A DNA stretch of 64,000 bases from Amoebophrya sp. A120 (lineage: Eukaryota > Protista > Dinoflagellata). Both the position numbers and the translations under genes were made by a program. This document shows positions 49,597-62,122 of this stretch, piece after piece (positions within the stretch are counted from its first letter, which is position 1; every line of letters starts with the position of its first letter). The notes below the pieces were generated by a model. It did not search any database. It was not told the DNA's origin and worked only from the letters and a program-made list of their open reading frames with translations. The stretch is from the NCBI GenBank assembly GCA_905178155.1, contig CAJINV010000036.1:1-64000 (forward strand), given 5' to 3'.

Positions 49597-50531
49597 CAGT
49601 TGTCCAAAAAGCGTTGAAAAGTCGACCGAAATTCCTGGATACTTACCAAGAATGTTGAGAGACGCTTGAGCGCTGGCCAAAACGCGTTTTTCATCGGTCG
49701 TTGCCCAGAAAAGGTTGCTGTTCTTTAACTCTTTCCACCTTTGCGTGAGGGCACCGCACGTTTTCAAACAGAAGTGCCGAGAGCATGAGCGGAGAAGCGA
49801 AGCATAGTGTTCCCTGTTTTGTGAGAGGCTTTGGTAACTCCCCGGGTCTTCTAGCTCTGATCTGGAAAAGCAAGTACACGTGGTGAATGAAAGATCTCAA
49901 TGGACCATGTTGATGAGCACAAGATGGATCCGATACATACTTAGCAAGAAATAGCAAGACGTAAATGATGTCTGCAGGTGGCATGAGCCTACGAGAAAAC
50001 AGCTCTTGCAAGAATATCCCAGAGAGTACAAATGTTGTTCATCTGTGTGGTTGCGCACCCCACCGTTGTATTAGCGTGCTATATCTAGTATAACGAAAAG
50101 ACGCTCCGAGAAAAATGGAAAGACAGTATATGTATAAATGTGATTTAGAAGAACACGATGAGAGCCTGAAATACATAGCAGTGAGCTACTCGTCTGAGGT
50201 GTATGCTCGCAACAGAGGATATCGCCGGAAATACGACAGCTTCTGCTAGATCTATCATTCCATCTTGTTGTTTTATCGAGCCAGCGATTGTCAATGTGAG
50301 TAGCTTTGATTTTCATTTTCTTCTTGAGTATATATAAAAGTACAGTGTTAAAAGACCCATGTCTACTAGTGGTGGAGGTGTATTATCAGGCCCCACCTGG
50401 CAGTAGGGGGGACGACGACGCCAAACCCAAAGTAAGCGCTTCGCAACTGCTATTACAGGAAAGCGACGAAATTCCTACCAGCGCGCTTCTTTACCATCTC
50501 TGGTGCTACTTCTTGATCTAATAATTTACGT

Positions 50532-52427
50532 ATGCTCCCCATGGATTTCGAAGAGTGGGGAGAGAGTAGCGGCGGCTCCCAGTTGGGAAGCTTTGCGCAG
50601 CTGGTAATTTGCGGTGTAGTTGGCTGGTATTTCGTGCGGGGGAATCGTGCGGAGCCGGCAAGTACGACCCCCTCCTCACCCTCGACCAGCAAATCAAGAA
50701 AAAAGAAGGACTGTGCGGGTGGTGTTAGTAGCGACGACGAGCCAATACAGGATGCAGCACCCAACCACCTGCGGCCGAAAAAGAGCCTGGCCAATATGAC
50801 TTGTTCAAACTACCACTCGTCCCACTCTCGTGGTCTCCAAGCTCTACTTGTGCCTCGACGTCTCCCATGATGATACCTTGCAACTGTCTCTCATGTTTTC
50901 TAAACGCACATCTGTTTGAGTTTGACAGTATCTATTAGTAACGATTTGCAGGAGGTGGAACCAGATGTGGGACAATAGTTTGAGCAGGTGATACGCATGG
51001 CCTACTTTTTCTACATCTCCGGGGGATTTCTGACAGGCTCACACCACTTATACCTGGAGAATTATGAGTACAACTTATATATTGGATACCGCTCCTGTGA
51101 TTTAGTCACATGCCTCTTGTTGAATTGAGGTGTCAACTTTCTTTCATTTCTTTCAAATAGAAAGGCCTGAAGCCCGTAGGTGTATCATCTACTACGGTGA
51201 GCAAGACCACGTCTTCATGAAGGCTACAAATCTAATAAGCCACTAGACTGCGCCAGCGGCGCACAGGCACAGCCACAGCCCACTCGGTTCGTCAGGCCGC
51301 GCAACAACCGTATATTTAGACATCGTCGAGACGCGAAATGCAAAAATGAATCATCAACACTTTTTCAGGTACGGCACGACCTACTTGTTCACCCTGGGGT
51401 ACTTCTTTATCGGCATGTGCGCCGATGCGTTCCTGCTCCCGGTATATGTATACAACCACAACCGGAACGTGCACCCCCAGGCCGTCCAGGAGTCCTTCCG
51501 CGTCTGTCAGTTGCTGTGGAGGTTCTGCAAGCTCTGCTTGCTCCTGAGTGTGCTTTTCACGGCGTTCCTCGCCTTTTTCCCCGTCACGTACGAGTACGCC
51601 ACAGGGGAGTTTTTGGCGAACACCAACGGAGTATGAGACTGCACAAATGTTACTCCTCTCGTCGTCACGCGTAAGCATACAACCACACCATACATACGAG
51701 GATTCTGTTCTTGTCTTTTGGCACTGCTTGCATGACAGCTTCTATCTTCCCGCAGCCATTGAATTTGAACTCGAAGATCGCGCGGGGGCTTGTCATGCAG
51801 TAGCGACAGTTCTAGTTGTACAACCAATCAATGCTTGTGTTATTGTTCATGCCCTTCAAATGATGGAGGGGGGACCGCTTGTGCAAGCTCATACGAGGCC
51901 ACGGTGATGCAGAACCCCTACGACGTTCTGGAGATACCAAGGGGCAGCACCATGCCGGACGCTCACAAAGCCTACAAAAAGATGTCGATGAAGTACCACC
52001 CCGACAAAAATTCCAGCGCTGACGCCAAGGACAAAATGGCCAATGTCAACGCCGCTTACGAAACGATAAAAAAGGTACTTCAACATCTACTTTGTGCTTT
52101 CATGATTACACTTGTTGTTGCATTCCCATTCTTTATCGCAGCTCCGCGCACCTGCTGAAAAAAATCGACAAATGATCATTCCAGGGCACGATCGGGCTGG
52201 AATTCAGTGAAGACGGACTGACGGAGATGGCGGAACGATGGGTGGAGAAGTGGAAAACGCTGCTGAACTATTTGGAAACCTCGTCCAAAGCTCGCAAAAA
52301 GGAGAAGGAGGACAAGACCAAAAAGGCCAAAGAGACAGAAGACACACCATCGGATGGAACGACCAACAAGAAAACCAGCGACAAAAAGAAATCATCTTCC
52401 AGCACAAGGAAAACAAAGGGACGGTAG
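50532..52427 (+). CDS. TM2-domain plus C-terminal J-domain membrane protein (DNAJC22/Wurst-like)
   Basis: KKSLA.AYFFYISGGFLTGSHHLYLENYEYGTTYLFTLG and NPYDVLEI...AYKKMSMKYHPDKN...VNAAYE. Two introners plus GT-AG introns (51068-51368 and one from ~52075). Confidence 0.8.
50795..50993. mobile_element. Degenerate introner, family E, decayed TSD GCCAA/CGCAT
   Basis: TATGACTTGTTCAAACTA...TAGTTTGAGCAGGTGATA imperfect TIR. Removing 204 nt restores the TM2 motif. Confidence 0.75.
51632..51893. mobile_element. Degenerate family C introner, TSD CGGAG/CGAGG, now bounded by GT...AG
   Basis: TATGAGACTGCACAA...TTGTGCAAGCTCATA. Removing 267 nt joins the TM region to the J-domain exon. Confidence 0.85.
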
Positions 52428-53893
52428 AGAATAAAATCAAAATCAAAGTCACCCCTACATTAGATATAAAAACATGTCGAGTTTTTTCAAAGAAACTGCG
52501 CGATCTTTGCTACTTCTATCTACCCCCATCAAGAATTTGTCACGTATTTGTAGTAGTACGTAGCTCTTCTTCACAGAAGTGATTCGGCTTCCCGTGAAAA
52601 CCAAGTTTTTTCTACATTTCCCTCGCATGTACTGACTAGTACTCCCCAGCAACGCGCACTGGCCCCATCCTCGACGCGCATTCTTCAGCTAGAGGCTAAA
52701 GAACCAGCGCATTGTCGAGAGCCCTTGTACGAAGGCGGCGACTTTTCATCTTTTGCACAGTCACAAACTTTCTTATGTTTGTGTGGTGGTCGTTCGAAGA
52801 ACAAGACCGTGCATAAAACATTTTTGTTGTGCCTTTGCAATCGAAGGACTCGCATCTTCAATACGTGCTTTCCAGCGAGGAGGACAAAAGTACACGGAAG
52901 ATCCGATCGCTGCAGCAGCCTGTTCTCTTTCCATACGAATACGGTCCCGGTCGTGTGTGTTCACCGCAGAGAGGGACCCGCATCCATGGGAACAATGTCG
53001 TGAGCCCGAGAAACAGTCGCAGATTCGTGTGCCGTTCGTGCGTCATTTATTTCTGTTTTAAGCGTGATGTCCAAGTATTATGGACCGAAGCTTCACAAGA
53101 AGAATAAACCTACATCCTGGGGAGCAAAAAAAGAAACAGCCGTTCCAGACTTTTTGAACTTGAAGAGAGGCAAAAATATCCTCGTCCTGGTGGGTGAAGA
53201 AGCCGAGCAAGCATGAGATGACGAGTAGACGGCGACCCAGTTTAGGGTGAGGTGAGCAGTGCTATTGCTTCTATTCACACCGAGTCGGAGTCGCTCAATG
53301 AAAAAACTAAAAGCGTTATCTTCAATTTCACGCTCACCTTGAAGAGAAGGAGAAGCGCGCGCGTCATTCAATTTCTCTTTCTTCCAGTTCCAGCTTGCAT
53401 CGCTGAGCTCGATTTGCAGTTTTCCCGAGAAGATGGACCTGCAGTTCTGCACGTTGCATCATTAAAATTATTCAAAAAAAGCAAACGTCGACGCCGTCCA
53501 CGTCTCGTTCGGACAAGGAGACAGCGCAAGGTGGCATCCATTCGGCTCTGGGTGTAGATTCTACTAGTTCTGCGTCTAAATTTAGTCCCTCCATTGCAAA
53601 GAAGGCTAAGAATGACTGTTGGCGCAGCGGGAATTTCTTCGGCTGCAATGCCACAAGTGCTTGTGGGGAAATTGAAGGTTCTGGGCGAGACTTTTGGACT
53701 AGTCGAGGCGGCAGGCACAGAACACCGCATCCCGATTCCGACTGGCGTTTGTACTACTTATACTTAATCGATGTCTATATATTTTGAATGTATCAATTGA
53801 ATCTTTCTCTTTGTCTTTCTGGTTCTTCATCGTGGCGAGGCACATTGTCGTTCTAATCATGAAACACTTTGCAATTCGCAATGTGAACTACGT

Positions 53894-54739
53894 ATGGACA
53901 CGAAAATAAATATTTCAGTCGTGAAGCCGGGTCAGCTCGTGGGTTTCACGGTCAGTGGGGGATCCACCGAAAGCGAAGTGTGGGTTGCAGTCGACGGAGT
54001 TGACCAAGATATTGCAGAGCGAAAGTTTCCGTCGTGTGTGGGCACCGTAGCAAGGAGGCGTTGCGAGCCGCCCTTGCCCTTGGCCGATGATCTGGATGTC
54101 AACGTTCCTGACACGACCGCTGATCCAGCCACGGCCGAGCACGTCGATAACTCCTTCGTTCTGCGCGTCCGTGTACCGCGCTGCAGCGAGAGCGACCGCG
54201 TCGATCAAGACTCGCACGGCACGACGGACGCAGGAGCCGCTGCAAGAACCATCCGCCACAGAAGCACGGAAGAGAACATTGACGAGACAGAAGATGACAC
54301 CATAAGTACGAAAGCAAATTGCGGGAACAAAGCTAGTGGCACGACCACGCGAACGAGCAGGGCGAGTACGATGGCATCATCCACAGCTACACCGTCGTCG
54401 TCAAGCAGTAGTTCATCTTTTTGCGAGTACAACCCGAACGACGACGGCTCGCAAAAACATTTCCAAGAGCAAGTTCAGCAAGGGAACCCTTTCCGGACCT
54501 CGGGTCTGGCGGAGAACGAGGTGGACACCGCTGGTGCTGGAGCTGGGGCTTCTACAACCGGGACAATTACAGCGCCATTTGTACCATCAGAGACTGCAGC
54601 AGCTCGCATCCAGCAGGTGGAAAATCACGCTGGTGTCCCAGCAGATGAAAGTACTAACTCGCACAGAGGCATCGTCCCCCCAGAAGACGCACAAGAACAA
54701 CAAGATGAGTACCCAGCTTCGAACTTTCCCAATCTTTGA
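53894..54739 (+). CDS. Hypothetical protein exon; true start probably upstream
   Basis: 281-codon ORF with coding-like composition; no family recognised. Confidence 0.45.
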   Translation: MDTKINISVVKPGQLVGFTVSGGSTESEVWVAVDGVDQDIAERKFPSCVGTVARRRCEPPLPLADDLDVNVPDTTADPATAEHVDNSFVLRVRVPRCSESDRVDQDSHGTTDAGAAARTIRHRSTEENIDETEDDTISTKANCGNKASGTTTRTSRASTMASSTATPSSSSSSSSFCEYNPNDDGSQKHFQEQVQQGNPFRTSGLAENEVDTAGAGAGASTTGTITAPFVPSETAAARIQQVENHAGVPADESTNSHRGIVPPEDAQEQQDEYPASNFPNL

Positions 54740-54899
54740 AATCACTAACACGGTACGTAAAGAAAACAGCACCTCTAGTAATCAGGCATGTTCTTGCATG
54801 CACTTGCAAAAAGAAAACTCGCACGCGTTGTGATCTTCTTTGTTCATCTAGGACGTCCACGCTAAGATATTGTAGCACGGAACAGGCATGCGCGCAACT

Positions 54900-57800
54900 T
54901 CAGACCGAGTGGAAATTGGGATCGATTTTCGTTTTCAAGATTCCTACCAGGACATCCCGATTCCCGAGAACCTGTTGGAAGCAGCCCGAAGGTACCTGCT
55001 GCAGCATAGCTGCTTTTTAGATATTCTTCTCGCTATCCATGATCCAACCAATATGTATATCCTTCAGAATCTGAATGTGAATCATTATCGTGGTCATGTG
55101 ACCGTGCCCGTGCGGTAGCTAGAAGTATGCCATTGGCCTGTGAGTATGACTCCCAGTCCGATCTTCACATGACAATAACTACAAGCATTATAACACACAG
55201 GAGTCTACAGGAGCCCCTGGCAATCGGAGCGGTGCTTGCGTGTGAAGTGCAGAACGGCGAAATCGTTGCAGGCCCTGTCTGGAAACAGATAGTCGCAGGT
55301 AATGTAAGTTGTAGCTGTTTTGCTGTCATGAACATGCACATATTGGTCACAAAATCTGTGAGACCTCCCAGATACATCACTTGCCTGACTCGGAAGTTGA
55401 GACTTCCACGCGAAACGATTTTTTGCGAGGTAGTTTTTCCGCTTATGCCACTGACAACTGAAACTGTCCCCATCTGAGGCAAGCCGAGCCGCGTTTCTCT
55501 TCTGTGTCATTCTCGATAAGAGTCATGAAAAGTCTCGATGCAATACCAATGGAGTTGCAGAAATTCTCCTGTGTGGCAAGAAGAATGAATGACCGCATGC
55601 GAAACTGCGGTTCTGCCTGCTGTGGGCGGACCACGTAGATTTTTGAATGCGATATCGAGACGCGCCTGTTCCCGAAGCGCGCGGCCACGAACACCGAAGC
55701 CGATGCCAGCGACGCTCCAACAACCACGGCAGCAGCTACAGGTGGCGGCAGAAAAAACGCGCTAGCGGAAGAAGCAGACTTCAATGCGGCACTGCAGGCG
55801 GCGGAAGATCTGATGAACCTCGAGTTTTCGACAACGGCCGGAGGTGATCATGACGTCGAAATGCGTCCTTCTGAGGAAGAGATGCAGACGCAGGCCGCTG
55901 CAAAGCTGCCACAGGACGCAAAGGCAAACTCCTCCTCGAGTACTATATCAGAGAAAGAGCTGCAGCATGAAGGCGCGCAGGAAAAGCCTTCTGCCGAAGC
56001 TTCTGCAACAGGAGCGGCACCGGTACCAACCGGGACGACACCCGCCACATCCTCGTCCTCCACCACAGCGCAGAATAACATGCAGGGAGTGCATATGGAA
56101 GCGTCGGGATCTGGACCGAAATCAACAAAATCGAAATGATTTGTGATGCATAAAAACGCTACCAGTTGGAGCCTCATTTTCCAAGTGGGGCATGACAAAT
56201 TTCGGGAGCAACAAAATCCAGCCTGTCATGCTGTTTGGGCAAGGAAGGCTGCTCCTCTCATGCTACTCTGGCAGCGCATCGCCTTCCCCTAAACGGGCCT
56301 GCATTCGGTCCCATTTGCCTCCTCCCCAACACAGGCCATACGTGCCCTACATTTTATGCATTACAGATTTTGTAGATTTTGATTCTAACACCTCCATAGT
56401 GCACTCCGCTAGATCCGCGCGGAGTCGGCATTACTGGTGTGACGACGACATCGACACGAATTTAGAAAACATTCGTATGGGCACCGTGACGTCGACCAGC
56501 ACCCCAGACAATGACCACACGGTGATCATGACCATGAATCGAGAAATGATCTTTTGCCCGACCGAGTATCTGCAAAAACTTCGGCTTGCGCCCGGCACTG
56601 ACGTCGCCTGCTCCGTCTATACTGACGAAGATGGGCATCCAGTGGTAGTTTGTTACTCCACGTTTTTCTGCTTCTTGCTGGTTGAGAAGCAAAGAGTAAA
56701 TACATACGTAGAGCTGCAATCCTGATAGCTATATGCAAGAACGAGCTTGGTACTACAGTCGCCTGCTAGTTCACAATTTCAACTTCTCTTTCAGGCCGAC
56801 AGCAGCAAACCGCTCTGGGAGCTCTCCACGCCATTCTATCCTACTGATAGCATTTCTCACATCAAGACCACGACCGAGCGCTAATATTGTAAACAAGCAA
56901 GATAGAAACTACAACTTTTTTGACTATGCATAGTACTTGTTACGCGGTGATCTCCGCAGCTGAAGATCCTGTTCTAGACATGTTGTCGACGACATATCTA
57001 CAAAGGCGAGATGAGACCGCCGCATTTAATTGCAGTAAATACAGTTACATCGGTCGTGAGCATGTTTTTGTTGTTGTCATGCAACTATTGACGAAGGCGC
57101 AATCCTGAAAGACGCCATGTGCCGGCACGACTGATTTCTAGGATTCTAAGGAATGCTACTTTTTCCAGTATTTCTTCAAAGAGGAGCAGGTGCCATTCTT
57201 TGGCCAGTACTACGGACGCGTGATAAATCTAAGCTCGCACGTATCATACAGAGAAAATGCAGAACGTAGAATTCGCCCTAGACCAATACCATTGGCGTAG
57301 GCAAGGCTCTTGTAGATCGGGGCTCCTGTCGTTCTTGCGATAATATCGGAGCACTGGAGTATTGCTTTCCGCCCAGCAACTACTAACTGTCTCTGTCAAG
57401 CGCAACAAGCGCATTCCGGCGCGCGTGAAAATAAACAGAACGACGCTTAGCTGCAAGCGCAAGCATTGGTTCGCGGTCTCGCGGCTGCATTTATTCCTTT
57501 TGTGTCGATACCAGGGAAACGGCTTCATTGATTGCGACGCGCTGAAAACCGAGTACGGGCACGACCCTTTTGTCCACCAAAAGATTATGCGTCTCTGCGA
57601 CATCCAGCTGGGGGACATGATCAACTTTACCGTGCACATCAACAGCAGTGGCACGCCCCAGGTTTCTGCCCCGGTTTGGCGGAAGTGCGAGGAAAACCGG
57701 AAGAAATTACCTCAAGTAAGTGCTGTGTTTACCCATTTCTGAACCTTAGTTGCCTTGGTACTGGTGGTATATATTCAGGTATTTGCATTCCCTAGCTAAT

Positions 57801-60408
57801 TGACTTGGCCGTTCGACATCAAAGCGGGTGTTTTTTGGTCAAGTACTGGTAGCAAATTGTTGAAAGTGAAACACATTATGCCGGCCACTTACTCTCAGGA
57901 ACTCAATGAGCGCGTACAACAGTCACTCGCTCGCCTAAAGAAGCGAGCACGCAATTGATGTCAATTTCGTTTCAGGAACACCAGCATCTTCAGCATGGGA
58001 AGGGCAGCGGACGACCGCAGCAGTCAGTCTTGGAGCAAATGAAGGGCGCAGCCGGGATGTACATGAAAGGTGGCTCGTCGTCGTCCCTCGCGATGAGTAT
58101 ACTGAAAGGCGGCGTTTTCCCGCCCCATCCTGGCGCGCTGAGCATGATGAAGGGCGGCGTCGCGCCATCGGCGCACCCACAGCTGCGCATCCCCGATCCG
58201 ATGCTCTCGTGCCCGGCCGGTTCTCTGGGTGCCTTGATCGGCAGTCCGATGGAGGAGCAGTCCGCGCGAAGCAGCCCCTCCTTTCCGATCGGCTCGACTA
58301 CCCCCAACCAGCAGCAGCCTTTCGGTACCAGTGTCCTAACCCCTGGGGGTTCTAGCGCGACTTCTCATCAAGGCTCTTATGGCCCTGCGACTTTTGGAGG
58401 TGCAACTAACAGAAACCGGAATCAACCCCGCGGCCACCCTTACGGCGCCCAGGCAGCTGGATCTGGGTCACACTTCTTTGACAACAGCATGAAAAATGGA
58501 TATGGAGATATGCTGGAAGAAAACATCACACAACTTGGTGTCCTGCTACCTCTTACCTGAACCTGCCCCTTGGAGTTGGAGATGATGGCACCTCCACCTC
58601 CTGTGCTTTCGGCTTATAGACATGATTAAAAAACTAAAAGCCTTCGACGTTTTTCTGTGCATTCGTTCCATCTCTGTTCCGTTCACCAATCTCGTTAGAC
58701 AGGAAAAAGCTCGAGTCGAAGGAGGTAGGACCACCTGGACAGCACCATCCATATGCCGTTGATTTGGTACAACGTGTACAAGGTTTTGTATGATTTTGAA
58801 AGTACTATAACAGGACAGCTTGTGTTCTGCTGCATAATCTCAGTCTCGTCTAGGGCGCAGATGACAGGAAACGGCAACTCGTCCGTTTCGCCGAAGGAGT
58901 ATCTACACCTTCAGCACGGTATGGATTGTAAAAATGTCTGGGTCTGGAACATTGAAACTTGTGATGCTAACTTTGGACTCTAGAAAAATCTGTATTGCAT
59001 GACCAGCAAGAGGAGTCTACTTTGTGCTACGCAGGGAGGGCGTTTGTCATGCGGAGTACGCATCAGGAAGCCCTCTCAAAATCTGTGATGCGCGGTCGTG
59101 CATTACAGACATCCTAGGTCATGCAAAACATGCATGACATATCTCAGAATCTTCCAGACCCAGACATTTTTACATTTGATACACGGGAACTGGGAACTGA
59201 CGGGCGTCATGCCCAACTCGGCTGACGCTCGGAATCCGTTGGCCTTCAATCCGGACTGCGAGGGCTGTCTGAAAAACACCAACACCATGGGGCACGGGTT
59301 TCTCGCTTGTCCTGCATTTCCTGGAGACGATGTCTTCGTTCACAAAAAAGTAATGGAAAGGTACCACGCCAAAATGTTGATTTCTCATTACCAGTTTTGA
59401 AACTCCGCATCTTCAAGCGATTAAAAAGATATTTTGATTTCGTTTTCGTACCGTCGAAAATAATGAAGATATTTGAACGCGCAATTCATTTTCGTGAAGT
59501 AGAGCAACGGCATTTGTCGGATCCCAAAACCAGGTGCAATCTCTCCGTCGGAGATCGGGTCCGGTTCAATGTGCACGTTAGTGCTACGGGCACTGCGCGT
59601 ATCCTAGTGGAAATAATGTCTTCCAGCGATAGCATTACCAGGGTGCATGTGATGTTGAAACAAATGCCTTCAGGAAAGAATCTGAAAAAGGCAGCAGGTT
59701 GCATAAAAAGAACCCAATATGGACGCACTCCTATCTATGCATCACAACCAGGGGGCAAAGAAAATCCTGAGTACGTCGCAAGTCCGGCTGATCTTTTACC
59801 TTGGATAGCGCAATGCTCGGCACCGGTGTGGGTGTACCGTGGGCCAGCGCCGATGATGTACTGAGTCATCTTCTAACACTATCACCGCCAATAAGTATTT
59901 CCCTCACGACTTCAGATGAACCAGAAACCTCGGCGTGGCGAGCGACGGTGAAACGCCATCAGTCGACTGCGCATCCATTTTTCCCCCCCGACTGCTGAGA
60001 ATAGGCAAAACTTCGAGGAAGGTTACGGCACCGGAGGATTGCAGTAGTTTAGATGATTCTATCGGAGGCAAATGTGTCTGGGTCGCGAAGACTGCGTATT
60101 AATGTTTGTCAGGCATCTTCTGGAGCACGCAGCAGCTGGGCATGGGATGCCAAAAAAGCATTACAGGCTGTGAGCAGAAGGCTTCCTCATCATGTCTGCC
60201 CAGCATGCGAAAACGAAATTCGCTATTCGTGTAAGAAGAAGAGGGCAGGAGCTTTGTTAATTTGTATTTGGCCGACACGCAATACAATGATCTTCTTTGC
60301 GAATGCGATTGCGATTCAGTCAGACGAGTCAGCATGACATTCAAGGACCAGATATCTTTGCACTGGATAGATTCGACGCATGGGTTTGATCTCATCGACG
60401 AAACGTAA
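54900..60408 (+). CDS. Multi-exon protein with repeated cold-shock/OB-fold-like domains; start approximate
   Basis: GNGFIDC...DPFVHQK...GDMINFTVHINSSGTPQVSAPVW and GHGFLAC...DVFVHKK...GDRVRFNVHVSATGTAQCSAPVW, plus two more degenerate repeats. Four introners and several GT-AG introns. Confidence 0.65.
56094..56398. mobile_element. Introner, family D, TSD GTGCA
   Basis: TATGGAAG...AAATCAACAAAATC...TGATGCATAAAA pairs with TTTTATGCATTACA GATTTTGTAGATTT...CCTCCATA. Removing 310 nt joins ORFs 55813 and 56192. Confidence 0.85.
58920..59181. mobile_element. Introner, family A, TSD CACGG
   Basis: Family A TIRs. The join gives HLQHGNWELTG. Confidence 0.92.
59600..59807. mobile_element. Highly degenerate introner, TSD GCGCG/GCGCA
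   Basis: TATCC...GGATA ends. Removing 213 nt restores GTAQCSAPVW, colinear with the paralogous repeat GTPQVSAPVW. Confidence 0.8.
60060..60369. mobile_element. Degenerate family A introner, TSD GATTC
   Basis: TATCGGAGGCAAATGTGTCTGGGTC...GACCAGATATCTTTGCACTGGATA, flanked by GATTC on both sides. Confidence 0.82.
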
Positions 60409-62122
60409 ATCGAAAGAGAATAGTCGTGGAAGAAATGTTTCAATGAAACTATAGTAGCTGCTCTACACTCATCTAGTTTATGCTTGTCGTGAACGTAAAT
60501 TTAATGAATTACGAATGTAATCATGACGTGAAAAACAGTAAAGAACAGTATATGGCAACGCCGCGGCTGCGGTTGTAATCTATGATGTACAAACGTACAA
60601 TGAATAGTGCTATGCGTGATTTTTCGCCGGATTTTTGTGACTAGATTATCGCCCCCCAGCAGTTGGAAGATGAATTTTTAAAAGCCCAATATCTAATGAC
60701 AACAGTGCAACTGTATTCTACTCCAGCAATTTTAGCAATTTGGTACTAGTATCCAAAAGGACGAAAAATGCTGATGAACACAACATCGATCTCTTTGTTG
60801 TGGCCCATGCGAATGCGTGCCATGAAGCTACGTCGACGGATCACAAAGTACAAAAAGAAAGTAAATGCAAAATCAATAGCAAAACTAGGTATGGTAAACA
60901 AAAACAACATAATCGTTTCTTCAGTTCACCTGCGAGGGTCTACTTCTAGCGTTTGTGAGAGCAGTGGAATTTTTGAAGCGGTAAAGGCAAAGCATTTGTT
61001 TCTTCGGGCTGATGGACTATACAGATGCATAATTTCCTGCGGTTTTCTAAGCTCGCAGATGCGGCACAACTACTGAAAAATCAGAAGCATCGAAAGTGCA
61101 GTACAGAAGCAACTAGCAAGGAAGGTAGTAGAAAATCGCTGCTGGTGCCCGCCGAAAAAACAGCTCGACCCAGTTGGCACAGCAATGCTTTTTCCTTCCC
61201 GCCCGTACCAGATTTGCGAAAGTGCCCATAGACGTTATACTTAGTTGGATGCAAGGGCAGTACAGCCTTGCAGCTGGTGCTCGGTGATGCCTTTTATCCA
61301 CGGAGCCAACATCTACGGATTGCAAATCAAGCGTGACTGGCGGATTTCAATCCGTTGGCAGGGCTCCCGCTGTTTTTTTTCCACTACGCATACCTAAAAC
61401 AAACTAGGAGTATATGATAGATTTCCGCAGTAAATGATCACAGTCCCCGGGTTTCTCCACGAGTCGTGCACAGAACAAGTAATACAAGTACCTATCGCAG
61501 CTATAATCGCGGTACGAGGTCAGGTGTGTGGTGTCCGCCTCCGCGCACGTAGCCCTTTACTGGAAAAATCTTCGCATGAAGACCCACTGCATGAATATGC
61601 ATAAATAATTAGTTGATTTTCATCGTTATTAATCTTCGATGCGACGTTGCGCGTCATGCAGCTCTAGTTTAAGACGATTGTCCTCATGCAGTACACGCCC
61701 CCTTGTTTCAAAAACGAAATGGACAACGAGGAACATCATAATTACAACATACTACAGCACATCAATCACAATCTGGACAATGTCCGGCATCTTTCCAGCA
61801 AGCTAATAAAGCATGACTGGTGCTAAAGCTTGCCTGGTGTCATCCTTGCTGCTCTCGGCCTGCAACTTGTCGAGTGCAGAAAATCCTCATGTTTTGTTCT
61901 GGAACGAGCAGTCATGATCTCACGCCACGTTTTTCCTTGTGATTTTTTGCATAAGAACCGCAGTCGACGTCGATCGATCCATCTTTTCGATCTGAACCTC
62001 CATTGCATTTTTTCAAAAATTCGGATTTTTTACAGTTTTCAGTTCGAGTTTCTTGGAAGGGCTTTTTATACGAGCTAGAGCCACGACCGCTTTTTGTATA
62101 TATTTATGCATCTACTTCAAAG

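Noticed and set aside
51063-51351. Apparent introner (AGAAT|TAT...|TGAAT)
   Set aside because: No TIR or ATA end. GT-AG intron 51068-51368 gives the TM2 consensus spacing (YLENYEYGTTYLFTLG).
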